DNA of 37,926 nt from Octopus bimaculoides. Lineage: Eukaryota. The notes below the pieces were generated by a model that had not been told where the DNA came from, searched no databases, and saw only the letters and a list, made by a program, of their open reading frames with translations. The first letter of the stretch is position 1. The number at the start of each line of letters is the position of its first letter. Shown here piece by piece: positions 33,893 through 37,926 of the stretch. The DNA lies in the NCBI RefSeq assembly GCF_001194135.2, contig NC_068989.1:7566100-7604025 (forward strand). The letters run 5' to 3'. The position numbers were made by a program, and so were the translations under genes.

Positions 33893-34105
33893 TAGATTTC
33901 GAATATTGACACAAGGCCTGTAATTTCCGGGTAGGGCTTAAGTCAATTACATCGATCCCAGTGCTCAACCGGTACTTAATTTATCGACCCCGAGAGGATG
34001 AAAGGTAAAGTAGACCTCGGCCGAATTTGAATTCAGAACGTAGCGGCAAACGAAATACCGCGAAGCATTTCACCCGACGTGCTAACGTTTCTGCTAACTC
34101 GCCGT
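33893..34105 (-). mobile_element. SINE family A (A2 tail), tandem copy 3
   Basis: ATCGACCCCGAGAGGATGAAAGGTAAAGTAGACCTCGGCCGAATTTGAATTCAGAACGTAGCGGC. Confidence 0.9.
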
Positions 34106-34209
34106 CAACAACAACTTTAATAATAGTAAAGATTGTTTACTACAAAATACTGTTGCTGAATATCTCACGTTGTGAAATTTACAAATAGTAATTTTCTAAC
34201 TTTAATAAT

Positions 34210-34426
34210 CTTTCCTAATTATGGCACAAGGCCAGCAATTTTGAGAGTAAGATATAAGGTGATGCAATCAACCCCAGTAGCAGACTGATATCTTATTTTA
34301 TCAACTCCGGAGGGATAAAAGGCAAATTTGCACTAAGTTGTATTTGAACTCAGATTGTAAGAGTACATCGCAACAAAATACCGCAAGGCATTTCATCGGT
34401 TGCTCTATCAATATTGTCATTCTGCC
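34210..34426 (-). mobile_element. SINE family A (A2 tail), tandem copy 4, degenerate
   Basis: TGGCACAAGGCCAGCAATTTT tail, GGATAAAAGGCAAA core, ATTTGAACTCAGA B-box region. Confidence 0.75.
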
Positions 34427-34619
34427 ATATTTCTAATAATTTCTTTATCAGCTTTAAGAATAACAAAGAAGCAAGTCGACAATGCAGCTGGGAACAATAG
34501 AAAACAAATACGCTAACGTGCACCGCTGTATACGTATGGAATAGCGACAGGGGGAAAAAAAAGCAGGAAGGAAGACGGAGAGGGGATAAAGAAAAAGATA
34601 GAGCGAGAAAAACCCGAAC

Positions 34620-34650
<31 letters not shown>

Positions 34651-34877
34651 TCGCCGATTGTCAGAAAGNNNNNNNNNNNNNNNNNNNNNNNNNNNNNNNN
34701 NNNNNNNNNNNNNNNNNNNNNNNNNNNNNNNNNNNNNNNNNNNNNNNNNNNNNNNNNNNNNNNNNNNNNNNNNNNNNNNNNNNNNNNNNNNNNNNNNNNN
34801 NNNNNNNNNNNNNNNNNNNNNNNNNNNNNNNNNNNNNNNNNNNNNNNNNNNNAAAAAAAAAAAAAAAGAAGGAAAAC

Positions 34878-34940
<63 letters not shown>

Positions 34941-36045
34941 GAAGAGAAATGTAGGAAAAAAGAAAGCGTTACATTTACGCGAGGAACGTATTAATAAGTT
35001 AATAGTTGTTGTATAGAAAAGAAACATGAATTTCTAGTTTTAATACAGGTAGAGACAATATTGAAAGAATGGACACACGCACAGATGCGCTCGCATGCGC
35101 ACGCGTGGATACACATTCAAGCACATAGACATACAAACGTACACTCACACACGTTATGTATGTGCAAATATACGTATGCATACGTGCATATGTCTGTATA
35201 TATATATATATATATATNNNNNNNNNNNNNNNNNNNNNNNNNNNNNNNNNNNNNNNNNNNNNNNNNNNNNNNNNNNNNNNNNNNNNNNNNNNNNNNNNNN
35301 NNNNNNNNNNNNNNNNNNNNNNNNNNNNNNNNNNNNNNNNNNNNNNNNNNNNNNNNNNNNNNNNNNNNNNNNNNNNNNNNNNNNNNNNNNNNNNNNNNNN
35401 NNNNNNNNNNNNNNNNNNNNNNNNNNNNNNNNNNNNNNNNNNNNNNNNNNNNNNNNNNNNNNNNNNNNNNNNNNNNNNNNNNNNNNNNNNNNNNNNNNNN
35501 NNNNNNNNNNNNNNNNNNNNNNNNNNNNNNNNNNNNNNNNNNNNNNNNNNNNNNNNNNNNNNNNNNNNNNNNNNNNNNNNNNNNNNNNNNNNNNNNNNNN
35601 NNNNNNNNNNNNNNNNNNNNNNNNNNNNNNNNNNNNNNNNNNNNNNNNNNNNNNNNNNNNNNNNNNNNNNNNNNNNNNNNNNNNNNNNNNNNNNNNNNNN
35701 NNNNNNNNNNNNNNNNNNNNNNNNNNNNNNNNNNNNNNNNNNNNNNNNNNNNNNNNNNNNNNNNNNNNNNNNNNNNNNNNNNNNNNNNNNNNNNNNNNNN
35801 NNNNNNNNNNNNNNNNNNNNNNNNNNNNNNNNNNNNNNNNNNNNNNNNNNNNNNNNNNNNNNNNNNNNNNNNNNNNNNNNNNNNNNNNNNNNNNNNNNNN
35901 NNNNNNNNNNNNNNNNNNNNNNNNNNNNNNNNNNNNNNNNNNNNNNNNNNNNNNNNNNNNNNNNNNNNNNNNNNNNNNNNNNNNNNNNNNNNNNNNNNNN
36001 NNNNNNNNNNNNNNNNNNNNNNNNNNNNNNNNNNNNNNNNNNNNA

Positions 36046-36339
36046 TGAAAGGCAAAGTCGACCTCGGCGGAATTTGAGCTCAGAACGTAGCGGCAGACGA
36101 AATACCTATTTCGTTATTGCCCACAAGGGGCTAAACATAGAGGGAACAAACAAGAACAGACGAACGGATTAAGTCGATTACATCGACCCCAGTGCGTAAC
36201 TGGTACTTGATTTTTCGACCCTGAAAGGATGAAAGGCAAAGTCGACCTCGGCGGAATTTGAGCTCAGAACGTAGCGGCAGACGAAATACTGCTAAGCATT
36301 TCGCCCGGCGTGCTAACGTTTTTTTGCCAGCTCGCTGCC
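36046..36339 (-). mobile_element. SINE family A (A1 tail): full copy plus a directly abutting 5'-truncated second unit
   Basis: Full copy at ~36107-36339; 36046-36106 is identical to 36229-36289 (183-bp period) and runs into an 827-N gap. Confidence 0.92.
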
Positions 36340-36900
36340 GGAAACTACAATGAGAGACAACTGCACTGGGCGAAGAGCTCCATCCGCTAGCCTCCGACTT
36401 CTTGGAACAGTCGAAAACTGAGCCGATATAAAAGGAGGTATATCAGGGATACAATGGGTAGACGAGAGCGATTTACTTGCTTCACTGTGATATGGGGCAT
36501 ATATCTCATAGATCACGGTGATATACATGCCCCAGTTACTGAAAGATATCGACTTTCAGCACATTGAAGAATGGCCACTGATATTTGGGATTCATGTGTA
36601 CAGTTTGACTAAAATTCAGTTTTCCCACGCAAGAAGCGACAAGCCCCTTAAAAATTTCACTCGGTCTGCAAGATTCATAAACTACTCTCAACTTGGTTCA
36701 GAGGGCTTGCCAATATTATTCACCAGGAGCGGTATACTGTGGCATGTAGATAGTCCGCGATCCCACGAAGAAAGTTGGGGGCTAGAAGAGAGCCAGTGGG
36801 GGAAAGCAGTCGTGAATAGGGATGGGTAAGACAGCTACCAAAAACACTGCCTCACCTTGATTCGAAACAGCCTACACACAAAACGAACCCTGACGCGGTA

Positions 36901-37027
36901 TTCTTTTCTTCGTTTATTCTTTTACTTGTTGCAGTCATTTTGACTGCGGCCATGCTGGAGCACCGCCTTTAGTCGAGCAAATCGACCCCAGGAATTATTC
37001 TTTGTAAGCCTAGTACTTACTCTGTCG
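36901..37027 (-). mobile_element. SINE family B, 3' tail fragment
   Basis: Reverse complement AGTAAGTACTAGGCTTACAAAGAATAATTCCTGGGGTCGATTTGCTCGACTAAAGGCGGTGCTCCAGCATGGCCGCAGTC. Confidence 0.9.
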
Positions 37028-37109
37028 TTCAGAAACACAGACACACAAACACAGACACACACACACACACATTTATACACGTACACGCACATATATAATN
37101 NNNNNNNNN

Positions 37110-37159
<50 letters not shown>

Positions 37160-37865
37160 GTATATATAAACGTATATGTTTGTATATTCGAATGCACACG
37201 CATACAGACACACACACACACACATTTATACACGTACACGCACATATATAATGTATCGGAGAGCCTCGTAACCTTGGCAGAATGAATGTAGAGCGAATCA
37301 AGATGAATTATATTCCCACTGAATGACACATTGCACCAAAACGTCTTTGTCTCCACAGCGTTTCTTATCGTCGGCATCATCATCATCATCATCATCGTAA
37401 TCATAGTCATTATCATTATCATCATAGGCATGATTATCATAGTGATGATGATAATAATATTCAACATCATAATGGACACCGTCGGCGTCGGAGAGTGTAG
37501 CAGGGACAGAGGAGAGACGGCAACAACGTCGTTACCACCTCCGCCATCATCGTTCTTGTAAATGTTTAACTTCCGCTACACGAAAGCGTCCACGCGCGTG
37601 TTTATATCTGGCTTTTTACACCCGCAAACACCACCATGCACACACACACACACACACGCCTATATATATATATATGTATATATCTATATATGTGTGTATG
37701 TGTGTTTGTGTGTGTGCGTGTATGTGTGTACTTATGTGCGTCTGCATACAAACGCACACACACACACATAAATGTTCACGTGTATTATATAAATACACAC
37801 TCGCGTCTGTGCAGATATATTTTTATGCATATATATACACGCGCACACACATGCACACACACATG

Positions 37866-37926
<61 letters not shown>

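Noticed and set aside
27293-34426. Idea that SINE A is mobilised by the Dong-like element because both associate with AAT/ATT repeats
   Set aside because: Orientation is opposite (A is flanked by ATT on its sense strand, the R4 element by AAT), and no shared 3' sequence is visible.
36345-36890. ORF 36518..36829 and an RT-like IKGGISG/QG motif
   Set aside because: The motif needs several frameshifts and no further RT motifs follow; left unclassified.
37059-37252. Direct duplication of ACACACACACATTTATACACGTACACGCACATATATAAT
   Set aside because: One copy ends exactly at a 10-N gap; probably allelic or overlap scaffolding artefact.

Overview
Repeat-dense, gap-ridden animal genomic scaffold: 19 N-runs totalling roughly 6 kb (~16%), most bounded by microsatellites. 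The SINE families and very high microsatellite load point to an octopus (cephalopod) draft assembly; this is my recognition, not a database result. I cannot support any host protein-coding gene, rRNA, tRNA or CRISPR array, and most ORF-track entries are microsatellite translations or gap read-through. What the sequence does support: (i) about 30 copies or fragments of tRNA-derived SINEs in four families that I label A-D. They share and swap heads, cores and tails, and two copies have clean target-site duplications. (ii) The 3' end of a CR1/L2-type LINE whose 3' UTR matches the SINE-B tail. (iii) A 5'-truncated, inactivated Neptune-type Penelope-like element (RT + GIY-YIG). (iv) Three fragments of an R4/Dong-type restriction-like-endonuclease retrotransposon, the youngest embedded in (AAT)n. 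(v) A 183-bp foldback (MITE-like) element. (vi) An unclassified 127-bp (CA)n-anchored element in two inverted copies with a synonymous-substitution bias. The most interesting signals concern retroelement ecology (SINE-LINE partnership, module shuffling, microsatellite targeting, dsRNA-forming inverted repeats). I do not see a new protein system.
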